A stretch of 49,083 bases of DNA. Origin: an uncultured Lachnospiraceae bacterium (GTDB taxonomy: Bacteria; Bacillota; Clostridia; Lachnospirales; Lachnospiraceae). The translations under genes and the position numbers were made by a program. Numbering within the stretch: the first letter of the stretch is position 1; each line of letters begins with the position of its first letter. Below, one piece after another: positions 28,460 to 38,753 of the stretch. The notes under the pieces were generated by a model, which searched no databases, was not told the DNA's origin, and worked only from the letters and a program-made list of their open reading frames with translations. The stretch lies in the NCBI GenBank assembly GCA_902767235.1, contig CACXGR010000262.1, forward strand, positions 1 to 49,083. The letters are read 5' to 3'.

Positions 28460-29779
28460 TTGAGATTTTTGAAACTCATATGGCGTAAATATACATTATT
28501 GTGCATATTGATCCTGACTTCGCTCCCGATCACGCTGCTGGGATGGGCCGGTAAAAACACCATCTACAGCGGGTACGAGTATAAGCCTGCCGAGAAACCG
28601 CTTCTGGCGCTGGTCCTCGAGGGGATCCACGACGGCGTCTATCCCTGGGAAATGGTCATCAAAGAAAAAGCGGAGGACGCAAAAGAAAAGCCTGCGGAGG
28701 AAAAGGAAGAAGCGGCGCAGGGCACATCTGCCCCGGAACAGACGGCGGAAGGCGCATCTTCCGAGGAAACAGATACGCCGGCGGAAAGCAAAACAGAGAA
28801 GCCGGCTGATACTGCGTCAGAGGGCAAGGAAGAGAAGCCGGCTGATGCAGCGTCAGAGGGCAAGGAAGAAAAGCCGGCTGATGCAGCGGCAGAGAGCAAG
28901 GAAGAAGCGAAAGACGCCGGGAAAGAAGAGGCAGGTACTGAGATCAGTCAGGAAGCGGACGAGAGCGCGGAAGTAGAGCAGATCGAGGTGCTCCCCTCCA
29001 ACGCGATCCACGGAGATCCGGACAAGATCCCGGAGGGGGTCTGCAACCCGGTCATGCAGGCGGAGGATTACGGCGTTGTCAATGTCGCCTTCCTCTCACC
29101 CGACGATACGGAGTACAACACGGATACAGAGGGCATGTTTGCCAAGAACGGGATCTATTATAAGCTGCAGCCAGTGGAACAGGACTACTTCAAAGACGCG
29201 CTCTTCATAGGAGATTCCCGCACGGTGGGCCTGTGCGAATACGGAAGCCTCAAGGAGACGGCCGCATTTCTGGCCAAGGAATCCATCAATGTCTACAATG
29301 TTCTCGACAAGGAACTGCGCTATACAGACTTTGACGGGGAGTCATGGGACAGCACGGTGGAGGAGACACTGGAAAGAGAGACCTACGGCAAGGTATACGT
29401 CAACCTCGGCGTCAATGAGCTGGGGATCGGCACCACTTACATGTACTACGAAAAGTACAGGGAACTGCTGGAACTGATCCGGGCGTATCAGCCGGATGCA
29501 CTGATCTTTATTCAGGGCATCATGCACGTCTCTTATGACAAGAGCAGCTCGGACAGCTGCAGAAACAACACCGTGATCTCGCAGAGAAACTATTCGATCA
29601 GCACGCTGGCCAACGGCAGGGACATTTTCTACATCGACATGAACCCCTATGTCTGCGACGAGGACGGCGACCTCTATGAAGATTACTCGGGAGACGGCAT
29701 CCATCTGAAAGCTTTCGCCTATGAATACTGGGACCGCAGTCTTTTGGAAAATGCCATCGTATACGAGACGGCTCAGTGA
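28460..29779 (+). CDS. Membrane-anchored SGNH/GDSL-family protein with an acidic linker (candidate O-acetyltransferase/esterase)
   Basis: N-terminal TM segment; FIGDSRT (block I), LGVNE (block III), DGIHL (block V). TTG start is uncertain. Confidence 0.8.
   Translation: MRFLKLIWRKYTLLCILILTSLPITLLGWAGKNTIYSGYEYKPAEKPLLALVLEGIHDGVYPWEMVIKEKAEDAKEKPAEEKEEAAQGTSAPEQTAEGASSEETDTPAESKTEKPADTASEGKEEKPADAASEGKEEKPADAAAESKEEAKDAGKEEAGTEISQEADESAEVEQIEVLPSNAIHGDPDKIPEGVCNPVMQAEDYGVVNVAFLSPDDTEYNTDTEGMFAKNGIYYKLQPVEQDYFKDALFIGDSRTVGLCEYGSLKETAAFLAKESINVYNVLDKELRYTDFDGESWDSTVEETLERETYGKVYVNLGVNELGIGTTYMYYEKYRELLELIRAYQPDALIFIQGIMHVSYDKSSSDSCRNNTVISQRNYSISTLANGRDIFYIDMNPYVCDEDGDLYEDYSGDGIHLKAFAYEYWDRSLLENAIVYETAQ
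28796..28903 (+). repeat. 3 x 36-bp in-frame tandem repeat
   Basis: Encodes EKPADTASEGKE / EKPADAASEGKE / EKPADAAAESKE. Confidence 0.9.
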
Positions 29780-29844
29780 CGGGACGCAAAAGAAAAAAGA
29801 ATATGCCAATTATTATCTTCTCATAACAGGAGGCGCGGAGTAAA

Positions 29845-30084
29845 ATGAGAGAGATGGAATTCAAAATGGAGAGGGAGGGACTCCTCAAGAAGGGCGATCA
29901 TGTAAAGATCGTGGAAGGCGTTCTGCCCAGCAATTATTACTACACGATCCATCCTTCTCTTGCGATGAGCGGCAACTATCCCTTTAACCAAAGACTGATG
30001 GCCAGAGAGGGAGAAGTGGAAGAGGTGGAAGAAAACGAGAGAGGTTTCTACGTGAAGGTCAGATTCGAGGAGGAGCAGGACTGA
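29845..30084 (+). CDS. Small hypothetical protein
   Basis: 79 aa ORF with RBS-like GGAG; stop codon overlaps the next start (TGATG). Confidence 0.7.
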   Translation: MREMEFKMEREGLLKKGDHVKIVEGVLPSNYYYTIHPSLAMSGNYPFNQRLMAREGEVEEVEENERGFYVKVRFEEEQD

Positions 30085-31151
30085 TGCGGATTTCCTTTAA
30101 AAAAGTATTGAGCTTTGTGACAGTAATGACTGCGGCGGTGTTCCTTCTGGGATGCAGCCCAGAGATGACCAAGACGATGGCGGAAGCGGAAGAGGCGCTC
30201 GACCAGGGGGACTTTGAAAATGCGGCCCTGCTCTACGATGCGGCCATCGAGGAGGGCAAACAGCTCCAAGCCTGTTACAGGGGCAAGGGTATCGCGCTCA
30301 TGGGAAAAATGGAATACAAAGCGGCTGAGGAGGCTTTTTTGAAATCCCTCGAGAGCGCAAACTTTCTCGAAAAGAACATATACCATGACGGGATGGAAAA
30401 TGATATCCGGAGATATCTCGCAAGCTGCTACATTCATGCGGGAGAGCCGGAGAAAGCAGTCCTGATCTACGACGCCCTGCTTGAGAAAGACGACGAGAAT
30501 GTCACGCTCTGCATGGAGCGCGGAACGGCCAAAGCCGCCTCGGGAGATCTGGAAGGAGCCAAGAGCGATTTTGACAAGGCGATCAACCTGGACAGGAACA
30601 ATTACCAGATGATACTGGAGATCGCGCAGACTTTTGACAAATACGGCGGAAGAGAATACGGCAAGGCCTATCTGGCCGATGTCAGTGCTTCGAGAGAGGA
30701 TGCCATCGATCCGGTCCTGAAGGGCAAGATCCTCTTTTACCTTGAGGATTACGAAGGGGCGGTCAGCCTGCTCACGCCCTATACGGAGTCGGATGAGAAC
30801 GCATCCATGATCGTGTGCAGAAGCTATATCGCCCTCAAGAACTACAAAGCAGCCCTGGAGGTCATCAATAGCTTCGGAGACAAGGTGGACGGATCTCCGG
30901 CGCTCCTCAATCTTCTGGGCTCCGTCTATATGAGACAGAAGAAGTACGCGGATGCCGCTGCGACGTATGAGCGCGCGGTGGCGGCAGCGGCCGGCACGAC
31001 CGAGCTGCAGGACGCCCTCTTTAACAGAGCCGTCGCATATGAATACACGGGCGACTTTGCAAAAGCCAGGGAACTCTTTACGGAGTATCTCAAACAGTAC
31101 TCGGGAGATGCGCAGGCATCCAGGGAATTGAAGTTCCTCAACACAAGATGA
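30084..31151 (+). CDS. Tetratricopeptide-repeat lipoprotein
   Basis: Lipobox LLGC; multiple TPR-like helical repeats. Confidence 0.8.
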   Translation: MRISFKKVLSFVTVMTAAVFLLGCSPEMTKTMAEAEEALDQGDFENAALLYDAAIEEGKQLQACYRGKGIALMGKMEYKAAEEAFLKSLESANFLEKNIYHDGMENDIRRYLASCYIHAGEPEKAVLIYDALLEKDDENVTLCMERGTAKAASGDLEGAKSDFDKAINLDRNNYQMILEIAQTFDKYGGREYGKAYLADVSASREDAIDPVLKGKILFYLEDYEGAVSLLTPYTESDENASMIVCRSYIALKNYKAALEVINSFGDKVDGSPALLNLLGSVYMRQKKYADAAATYERAVAAAAGTTELQDALFNRAVAYEYTGDFAKARELFTEYLKQYSGDAQASRELKFLNTR

Positions 31152-31182
31152 AACAGCCATATGATTTGCAGCAGAAAGGGAA

Positions 31183-32145
31183 ATGAAAACTATGATCCAG
31201 AAACTGATCCGTGAGATCACCAAAAAGGACGCGCCGGTCGTCGTCGGACTTGACCCCAATCTTTCCTTTATTCCCGGAAAGCTCCTTGAAGAGGCAAAGT
31301 CTGCGGGAGAGGGAGAGATCCCGGCGTACTGTGAGAAAGAAAATCTGATCGCCGCGGAGGCGGTATGGCAGTTCAACAAGGCGATCGTGGACGCAGTTTA
31401 TGAGCTGGTCCCCGCCGTGAAGCCGCAGGTGGCAATGTATGAGCAGTTCGGTATTCCCGGAATGATCGCCTACAAGAAGACCGTTGCTTACTGCAGGTCC
31501 AAAGGGCTGATCGTGATCGGAGACGTCAAGCGAGGCGACATCGGATCCACTTCTGAGGCATACGCCAGAGGTCATCTGGCCGGAACGGCTTTTGATGTGG
31601 ACTTTGCCACGGTGAACCCCTATCTTGGTTCCGACGGCGTCAAACCATTTATCGACGTATGCAAAGAACACGACAAAGGCATCTTTGTCCTGGTAAAGAC
31701 TTCCAATCCCTCCAGCGGCGAGTTTCAGGACGTCCTGACGGGCGACGGAAGGGCGATCTACGAGCTTGTGGGACAGAAAGTCAGCGAGTGGGGATCAGAC
31801 TGCATGGAAGGGGTATACAGCAACGTCGGCGCGGTAGTCGGCGCCACTTATCCGGAACAGGCGGCGATCCTGAGAAGGCTCATGCCACATACCTTTATCC
31901 TGGCGCCCGGATACGGCGCGCAGGGAGCGTCTGCGAACGACCTGAGCGGCTTTTTTGATCCGGACGGACTGGGCGCGATCGTCAACTCCTCCAGAGGCAT
32001 CATAGCTGCCTACAAAAAAGACAAGTACAGAGAATTCGGCGAAGAGGGCTTCGCGGATGCCGCCAGAGCAGCGGCAGCGGATATGATCGAGGACCTTCGC
32101 GGTGCGATACACGGTCACAGAACAGTGTGGAACAGCATGCGCTGA
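31183..32145 (+). CDS. pyrF: Orotidine-5'-phosphate decarboxylase
   Basis: VVGLDP, KPQ, GDVKRGDIGST, VKTSNP, GAVVGAT, PGYGAQG, NSSR. Confidence 0.95.
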   Translation: MKTMIQKLIREITKKDAPVVVGLDPNLSFIPGKLLEEAKSAGEGEIPAYCEKENLIAAEAVWQFNKAIVDAVYELVPAVKPQVAMYEQFGIPGMIAYKKTVAYCRSKGLIVIGDVKRGDIGSTSEAYARGHLAGTAFDVDFATVNPYLGSDGVKPFIDVCKEHDKGIFVLVKTSNPSSGEFQDVLTGDGRAIYELVGQKVSEWGSDCMEGVYSNVGAVVGATYPEQAAILRRLMPHTFILAPGYGAQGASANDLSGFFDPDGLGAIVNSSRGIIAAYKKDKYREFGEEGFADAARAAAADMIEDLRGAIHGHRTVWNSMR

Positions 32146-32178
32146 TCCGTACTCAGTCAAAAGAGAGAGGGAACGACG

Positions 32179-32868
32179 ATGGAAGAGTACAAAAAGAGTT
32201 TTATAAACTTCATGGTGGATTCGCAGGTGCTCAGGTTCGGCGAGTTCACGCTCAAGAGCGGAAGAAAATCTCCGTTCTTCATGAACGCGGGCGCATACAA
32301 AACAGGATCCCAGCTCAATAAGCTCGGGGAATTCTACGCCAGGGCGATCAACGACAAATTCGGCCTTGAATTTGACGTGCTCTTCGGACCCGCCTATAAG
32401 GGGATACCGCTGGCAGTGGCGACCGTCATGGCGATCAGCCGCCTGTACGGCCGCGACATCAAGTACTGCGCAAACCGCAAGGAGATCAAGGATCACGGCG
32501 ACAAGGGCATTCTTCTCGGATCCCGTCTCTCAGATGACGACCGGGTCATGATCATAGAGGATGTGACCACCTCCGGCGCCTCGATCGCAGAGACGGTTCC
32601 GATCATCCGGGCCCAGGCCGATGTGGACATCGTCGGGCTGATGGTCTCTCTCGACAGAAGGGAAGTGGGACCGAAGGGAACGGTCAGCGCCCTGGAGGAG
32701 ATCCGGGACGATTACGGCTTTCCGGCCAGTGCGATCGTCACAATGGACGAAGTGCAGTCTTATCTGTACAACCGGCCGGTCAACGGCAGCATACTGATCG
32801 ACGACAAGGTAAAGCATGCCCTTGACAGCTACTATGCCGAATACGGCGTCCAAAAATCCAAACAGTGA
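32179..32868 (+). CDS. pyrE: Orotate phosphoribosyltransferase
   Basis: FGEFTLKSGRKSPFF, FGPAYKGIP, NRKEIKDHG, IIEDVTTSG. Confidence 0.96.
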   Translation: MEEYKKSFINFMVDSQVLRFGEFTLKSGRKSPFFMNAGAYKTGSQLNKLGEFYARAINDKFGLEFDVLFGPAYKGIPLAVATVMAISRLYGRDIKYCANRKEIKDHGDKGILLGSRLSDDDRVMIIEDVTTSGASIAETVPIIRAQADVDIVGLMVSLDRREVGPKGTVSALEEIRDDYGFPASAIVTMDEVQSYLYNRPVNGSILIDDKVKHALDSYYAEYGVQKSKQ

Positions 32869-32966
32869 TGACCAGTCGGCTCCGCCGCCCGCAAGGGCGG
32901 CAGAGCCTCATTTATCTTATAGGAAGATCCCGCAGATGAGGACGGGACCTGAAAGGCAGGACATAT

Positions 32967-35039
32967 ATGGATCTGATCGATCTCAGATACAGGATCGCGA
33001 TGGAAAGGATGCGGGAGATACCGGGGGAGAATGCGGCAGATCCCGTATTCACCGACTATTTTGAACAGGGAGCCCGCTGGTTCATGCAGATGCAGGAGCA
33101 TGCGCGCTTTCTGGCTTCCGAGGAAGTGAATACCTGTTCCGTTGATACGCTCAGAGATATGAACCGGCAGCTCTATGAGGAGATCCGGCCGGGACAATAC
33201 GCGCACAGTTACGCAAATCCGGAATATGCGGTGAATAAGCTGGGCAGAGAATACGGAGCGCTGCTCTCATCGCTCCGGTATGAGATCCGAAGCGTGATCC
33301 CTTTTGTTTACAGAAAGGAGAAGGAGCGCTTCCTGATCCGGGCCGAGCTCTTTTTGGAAGTCTATACCTCTTTTACGGTGGCCTTTGCCGATCACGGCGG
33401 ACGCCCCGCGCCGGAGAATGTGAGGAGCATCATTTATCAATATCTGGCAGACTATTTTGAAGATGAAATGGTCTTCTATCTTCGGGACCAGCTGGTCTGC
33501 GGAGACAAAGGCATTTTCCGCCGCATCATGGACGGGGGACAGGAAGAAAGAGACCTCTATCTCACAGGCGAATATGTGAGCCGGGACGAGATCACAACAC
33601 ACGAATACATAAACAGCCTGGACGAAGACGAGATCGGGCGGATCGCCGATTCGATCACGGAGGGATACAGGCGGGGATTTATCAACAGCGGCAAAAACAT
33701 GGCGTCCAAGAAGAGCGCTGCGGTCATCTTTCATCTGGGCTTTGAGCGGATCGCAAGGCGCTGTATCCGCTCTCTGAAAGCAATGGGACTGAGCGCCGTC
33801 GTCTCCTCCGAGATCCCCACTCTGTTCCATCGGTACCGGAAGGGCGAGATGGGATACGGAGGGGCAGATCCGAATCCCCGGTATTTCTATGACCACAGAG
33901 AAGATCTCGCTCTCTATCTGGATGCATCTCTTCAGATGAGAAGGCTGGAGGGCCTGTCAAATGCATACAGGACGCTGAGAGAAAAGACGCTTCTGTATGC
34001 CGGGCCCGTCGTCATCGAGACTTTCGGCAGCGCTCCTTTTGTGCCGGCCGGACGGAAGGAGGCGCCTGCCTACGACAGTGACCAGAGAGCGATGTCTGCG
34101 GAGTATGAGATCAAGGCCGATGTCCTGTACAGCGACGCAGTGGCGGCTCATAACCGAAGCTTTACGATCATCGCCTTTCCGCTTCCGTCCATCGCCGGGA
34201 GCCGCGACGAATACGAGAAGATCTTTGAGGAAGTGGTCGCGATCAATACGCTTGACTATGCCTTGTATGAAGAAGTGCAGGGGAAAATGATCGACGTCCT
34301 GAACAGATCGTCCCATGTGGAAGTAAAGGGAATGAACGGAAACAGGACAGATCTTCGGATCCAGCTTGCGGAAGTATCCGACCCGGAAAACGAGGCAAAT
34401 TTCGAAAACTGCACGGCCGATCTCAATATACCGGTCGGAGAAGTATACACGACACCTGTGCTGGAAGGAACAAACGGAAAGCTCCATGTGACCGGTGTCC
34501 ATCTGGAGGGGCTTTATTTCAAGGAACTTGAGATCGACTTCAGGGACGGAAGAGTCTGCGGATGCAGCTGCGCGAACTTTGAAGACCGGAAGGAATGCCT
34601 TGCGTATATTGAGGACAATATCCTTTATCATCACAAGGATCTTCCGATGGGAGAATGTGCCATAGGCACGAATACGACAGCCTATGCCGCCGCCGCGAGA
34701 TACGGGATCGCCGACAGGCTGCCCATTCTCATCGCGGAAAAGACAGGGCCCCATTTTGCGCTCGGGGACACGTGCTATGCTCACGAAGAGGACAACCGCG
34801 TCTATAACCCGGACGGCAAAGAGATCATAGCCAAAGACAATTCCGTGTCGATCCGGAGAAAGACCGACGCCTCAAAGGCTTATTTCGGCTGTCACACGGA
34901 CATCACGATCCCCTATGAGGAGCTGGGAGAGTTCACGGCCGTCCGAAAGGACGGGACCAGGATTCCGATCCTGCTGGAAGGAAGGTTTGTGCTGGAGGGG
35001 ACGCAGATCCTCAATGAACCGCTCCTTCGTATCGGATGA
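32967..35039 (+). CDS. Aminopeptidase (M29-like C-terminal domain with a long N-terminal extension)
   Basis: NIPVGEVYTTP, GECAIGTN, AEKTGPHFALGD, CHTDI. Confidence 0.8.
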   Translation: MDLIDLRYRIAMERMREIPGENAADPVFTDYFEQGARWFMQMQEHARFLASEEVNTCSVDTLRDMNRQLYEEIRPGQYAHSYANPEYAVNKLGREYGALLSSLRYEIRSVIPFVYRKEKERFLIRAELFLEVYTSFTVAFADHGGRPAPENVRSIIYQYLADYFEDEMVFYLRDQLVCGDKGIFRRIMDGGQEERDLYLTGEYVSRDEITTHEYINSLDEDEIGRIADSITEGYRRGFINSGKNMASKKSAAVIFHLGFERIARRCIRSLKAMGLSAVVSSEIPTLFHRYRKGEMGYGGADPNPRYFYDHREDLALYLDASLQMRRLEGLSNAYRTLREKTLLYAGPVVIETFGSAPFVPAGRKEAPAYDSDQRAMSAEYEIKADVLYSDAVAAHNRSFTIIAFPLPSIAGSRDEYEKIFEEVVAINTLDYALYEEVQGKMIDVLNRSSHVEVKGMNGNRTDLRIQLAEVSDPENEANFENCTADLNIPVGEVYTTPVLEGTNGKLHVTGVHLEGLYFKELEIDFRDGRVCGCSCANFEDRKECLAYIEDNILYHHKDLPMGECAIGTNTTAYAAAARYGIADRLPILIAEKTGPHFALGDTCYAHEEDNRVYNPDGKEIIAKDNSVSIRRKTDASKAYFGCHTDITIPYEELGEFTAVRKDGTRIPILLEGRFVLEGTQILNEPLLRIG

Positions 35040-35088
35040 CGCCGCATGAAGAGGGAAAAAGAATCTGGTCATGACGGTTCTTTCGAGG

Positions 35089-35117
35089 TTGCACAAAGAA
35101 AATGTTTTCGTTAAACT
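35089..35117 (+). promoter_or_regulatory. Sigma70-type promoter of the pur operon
   Basis: TTGCAC, 17 bp spacer, TAAACT. Confidence 0.55.
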
Positions 35118-35169
35118 AAACTAGTGAAATATATCTTGACAAGGTCAAAGGGAAGAGTAAGGAGGCACA

Positions 35170-35670
35170 ATGGCACAAGTAGGAATCGTTATGGGAAGCG
35201 ACTCGGATCTCTCCGTTATGAGTAAGGCGGCGGAAATCCTCGACGAATTCGGGATCAGTTATGAAATGCATATCATTTCCGCGCACAGAGAACCGGACTT
35301 GTTTTTCAAATGGGCGAAGGGCGCAGAAGAGAGAGGGATCAAAGTTATCATCGCGGGTGCCGGAATGGCAGCGCATCTTCCCGGCATGTGCGCAGCATTG
35401 TTCCCTATGCCCGTGATCGGCATACCGATGCATACGACCTCGCTGGGAGGAAGAGATTCTCTCTACTCCATCGTCCAGATGCCCTCCGGGATCCCGGTGG
35501 CAACGGTGGCGATCGGCGGCGGCAAGAACGCGGGGATCCTGGCAGCCAAGATCCTGGCGGTGTCTGACAGCGCGCTTCTTTCCCGGCTCAAGGACTACAG
35601 CGCGAATATGGCAAAGGAAGTGGAGAAAAAAGATGCGCATCTTCAGGATGCGGGCTATAAGAACTATTGA
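35170..35670 (+). CDS. purE: N5-CAIR mutase / AIR carboxylase catalytic subunit
   Basis: IVMGSDSD, SAHREP, AGAGMAAHLPG, SIVQMPSGIPVATV. Confidence 0.97.
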   Translation: MAQVGIVMGSDSDLSVMSKAAEILDEFGISYEMHIISAHREPDLFFKWAKGAEERGIKVIIAGAGMAAHLPGMCAALFPMPVIGIPMHTTSLGGRDSLYSIVQMPSGIPVATVAIGGGKNAGILAAKILAVSDSALLSRLKDYSANMAKEVEKKDAHLQDAGYKNY

Positions 35671-35700
35671 GGACCACAATACGAAGGAGAATAACAATAC

Positions 35701-36735
35701 ATGGGTTTGGATTATAAGAGTTCAGGAGTGGATATTGAAGCCGGCTATCGCAGCGTCGAGCTTATGAAGCAGTATGTCAGCCGCACCATGCGTCCGGAGG
35801 TCATGGGCGGACTGGGAGGCTTTTCCGGCGCTTTTTCTCTTGAGAAGGTCAAGAAGATGGAAAAACCCGTGCTTTTATCCGGCACAGACGGCGTGGGCAC
35901 GAAGCTCAAGATCGCCTTTCTGATGGATAAGCACGACACGGTCGGCATCGACTGCGTTGCGATGTGCGTCAATGATGTCGCCTGCGCCGGCGGTGAGCCG
36001 CTGTTCTTTTTGGACTATATTGCCTGCGGGAAGAATGTCCCCGAAAAGATCGCGCAGATCGTATCCGGTGTGTGCGAGGGCTGTGTGCAGTCCGACGCCG
36101 CCCTGATCGGCGGAGAGACCGCGGAGATGCCCGGCTTTTATCCGGTGGACGAGTACGACCTGGCCGGTTTCGCAGTGGGCGTCGCAGATGAAAAGGATCT
36201 CATCACGGGCGCGGATATAAAGCCCGGCGACAAGCTGGTGGGCATCGCTTCTTCAGGCGTCCACAGCAACGGCTTTTCACTTGTGAGAAAAGTGTTCGAC
36301 GTCGGCGAGACGAATCTGAAACGATTCTATCCCGAGCTTGGCGCAACGCTTGGCGATACGCTTTTGACGCCTACCAGGATCTATGTGAAAGCGCTTCGCG
36401 CCGTCAGGGAAGCGGGGATCCGCATCAAGGGATGCAGCCACATCACCGGCGGAGGCTTCTATGAGAACATTCCGAGAATGCTCCCCGACGGGATCGTCGC
36501 GAACGTGAAAAAAGACAGCTATCCGATCCTTCCGATCTTTACGCTTATGCAGAAAAAGGGCGGATTGGAAGAAAAAATGATGTACAACACCTTTAACATG
36601 GGCATCGGCATGGTGCTGGCACTTGAGAGCGCGGATGCGGAACTGGCTGTCGAGGTTCTCCGGGCCGCCGGCGAGGAGGCATATGTGATCGGAGAGACAG
36701 CAGCCGGGTCCCGGAAGGGAGTGGAATTATGCTGA
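35701..36735 (+). CDS. purM: Phosphoribosylformylglycinamidine cyclo-ligase
   Basis: [44 protein letters not shown]. Confidence 0.97.
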   Translation: MGLDYKSSGVDIEAGYRSVELMKQYVSRTMRPEVMGGLGGFSGAFSLEKVKKMEKPVLLSGTDGVGTKLKIAFLMDKHDTVGIDCVAMCVNDVACAGGEPLFFLDYIACGKNVPEKIAQIVSGVCEGCVQSDAALIGGETAEMPGFYPVDEYDLAGFAVGVADEKDLITGADIKPGDKLVGIASSGVHSNGFSLVRKVFDVGETNLKRFYPELGATLGDTLLTPTRIYVKALRAVREAGIRIKGCSHITGGGFYENIPRMLPDGIVANVKKDSYPILPIFTLMQKKGGLEEKMMYNTFNMGIGMVLALESADAELAVEVLRAAGEEAYVIGETAAGSRKGVELC

Positions 36736-37361
36736 GCGTTGCCGTATGCGTGTCCGGCGGAGGGACGAATCTCCAGGCGATCATCGATGCCGTCGAGAGC
36801 GGCAGGATCGTCAACACGAAGATCGTGAAGGTGATCAGCAATAACCCGAATGCGCGCGCGCTGAAGCGGGCGGCGGACGCAGGGATCGAGGGGATCTGTG
36901 TATCGCCCAGATCCTATGAGACCAGAGAAGCGTTTAATCAGGCGCTGCTCGAGGCGCTTACCGCTGCGGAACCGGATCTCATTGTTCTGGCCGGATTCAT
37001 GGTCGCGGTGCCCGCATGCGTGATCAATGCGTTCAGGGGCCGGATCATCAATATTCATCCGGCGCTCATCCCCTCTTTCTGCGGAAAGGGATATTACGGA
37101 CTTCACGTGCACGAGAAGGTCCTCGAGAGAGGTGTGAAGGTCACGGGGGCGACGGTGCACTTTGTGGACGAGGATCTCGATCACGGGCCGATCCTTCTGC
37201 AGAAAGCGGTGGCAGTAAAAGAAAACGATACGCCTGAGATCCTTCAGCGCCGTGTGATGGAAGAGGCGGAATGGATCCTTCTGCCGAGCGCGATCTCATT
37301 GATCGCACAGGGCAGGGTATGGATCGATGAAAAAGGTATCACGCATATCAAAGAGTCTTGA
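36729..37361 (+). CDS. purN: Phosphoribosylglycinamide formyltransferase
   Basis: [34 protein letters not shown]. Confidence 0.97.
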   Translation: MLSVAVCVSGGGTNLQAIIDAVESGRIVNTKIVKVISNNPNARALKRAADAGIEGICVSPRSYETREAFNQALLEALTAAEPDLIVLAGFMVAVPACVINAFRGRIINIHPALIPSFCGKGYYGLHVHEKVLERGVKVTGATVHFVDEDLDHGPILLQKAVAVKENDTPEILQRRVMEEAEWILLPSAISLIAQGRVWIDEKGITHIKES

Positions 37362-37375
37362 CAGGAGGACAATCC

Positions 37376-38653
37376 ATGAAAGTATTACTGGTAGGAGGCG
37401 GAGGAAGAGAGCATGCGATCGCAGATGCGCTCAGAAGAAGTCCGCAGGTAGATACACTTTACTGTGCGCCCGGCAACGCGGGGATCGCAAGGATCGCGGA
37501 ATGCGTCCCGATCGGGACGATGGACTTTAAAGCACTGACGGATTTTGCCAAAGAAAAAGAGATCGATCTCACCGTTTGCAGCATGGATGATCCGCTCTGT
37601 GCAGGGATCGTCGATGCCTTTGAGGCCGAGGGACTCAGGATCTTCGGCACGCCGGCCAACGCGGCGATCATCGAAGGCAGCAAAGCGTTCTCCAAGGATC
37701 TGATGAAAAAATACGGGATCCCGACCGCTGCTTATGAAGTCTTTGAGGATCCGGAGAAAGCGCTGGCGTATCTTGAGAGCGCCGCGATGCCGATCGTTCT
37801 GAAGGCATCGGGGCTTGCGCTGGGCAAGGGCGTCCTGATCTGCAATACGCTTGAAGAGGCGAAGGAAGGCGTCAAAGAACTGATGACCGACCGGAAATTC
37901 GGCGATGCGGGCAGCAGGATCGTCATCGAGGAGTTTATGACCGGCAGAGAAGTATCGGTCCTCGCATTTGCTGACGGAAAGCACTATAAGCTCATGAGCA
38001 GCTCCCAGGACCACAAGAGGGCCGGCGACGGCGATACGGGACTCAACACGGGCGGCATGGGCACTTTTTCACCCAGTCCCTTTTACACGGATGAGATCGA
38101 TGCGTACTGCAGAGAGAATATCTACCAGCGGACCATGGACGCCATGGCCAAAGAGGGAAGACCCTTCCGCGGCGTTCTGTATTTTGGCCTCATGCTGACA
38201 GCAGACGGTCCCAAGGTGCTGGAGTACAATACGAGATTCGGAGATCCTGAGACGCAGGTGGTCCTGCCCAGGATGAGATCGGACATCATCGATGTCATGC
38301 AGGCCTGCATTGACGGGACGCTGGATCAGATCGATCTGGAATTTGAGGATAATGCGGCGGTCTGTGTCGTCATTGCTTCGGGCGGCTACCCGGGCAGCTA
38401 TGAGAAGGGAAAGGTCATCACGGGACTGGACGCCTTTGAGGGCAGGGAAGGTTACTACTGCTTCCACGCCGGGACAGCCTTTGACAAAGACGGAAATACC
38501 GTGACCAGCGGCGGACGCGTTCTGGGCGTGACCGCACTCGGCAAAACGCTCAAGGAGGCGAGGGCCAACGCGTATAACGCTGCCGGATGGATCCGCTTCG
38601 AAGGACAGTACATGCGCCATGATATAGGAAAAGCCATCGATTCCGCGCAGTAA
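37376..38653 (+). CDS. purD: Phosphoribosylamine--glycine ligase
   Basis: GGGGREHA, APGNAG, EGSKAFSK, QDHKR, NTGGMG, RFGDPETQ. Confidence 0.97.
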   Translation: MKVLLVGGGGREHAIADALRRSPQVDTLYCAPGNAGIARIAECVPIGTMDFKALTDFAKEKEIDLTVCSMDDPLCAGIVDAFEAEGLRIFGTPANAAIIEGSKAFSKDLMKKYGIPTAAYEVFEDPEKALAYLESAAMPIVLKASGLALGKGVLICNTLEEAKEGVKELMTDRKFGDAGSRIVIEEFMTGREVSVLAFADGKHYKLMSSSQDHKRAGDGDTGLNTGGMGTFSPSPFYTDEIDAYCRENIYQRTMDAMAKEGRPFRGVLYFGLMLTADGPKVLEYNTRFGDPETQVVLPRMRSDIIDVMQACIDGTLDQIDLEFEDNAAVCVVIASGGYPGSYEKGKVITGLDAFEGREGYYCFHAGTAFDKDGNTVTSGGRVLGVTALGKTLKEARANAYNAAGWIRFEGQYMRHDIGKAIDSAQ

Positions 38654-38753
38654 GACCGGGACCGTATGCAGAGCAGAAGGATCCTGTCCGGATCAGGGGC
38701 AGATCCTGAATAAGAAGAGTTAGCAGAGTACTGCATCTCAGATTGGAGTAGAA

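Noticed and set aside
28796-28903. 36-bp repeats as a possible CRISPR array
   Set aside because: Head-to-tail, in-frame coding repeats with no spacers and no cas genes.
35040-35169. Purine riboswitch or PurR box upstream of purE
   Set aside because: The leader is too short and shows no recognisable aptamer or clear PurBox consensus.
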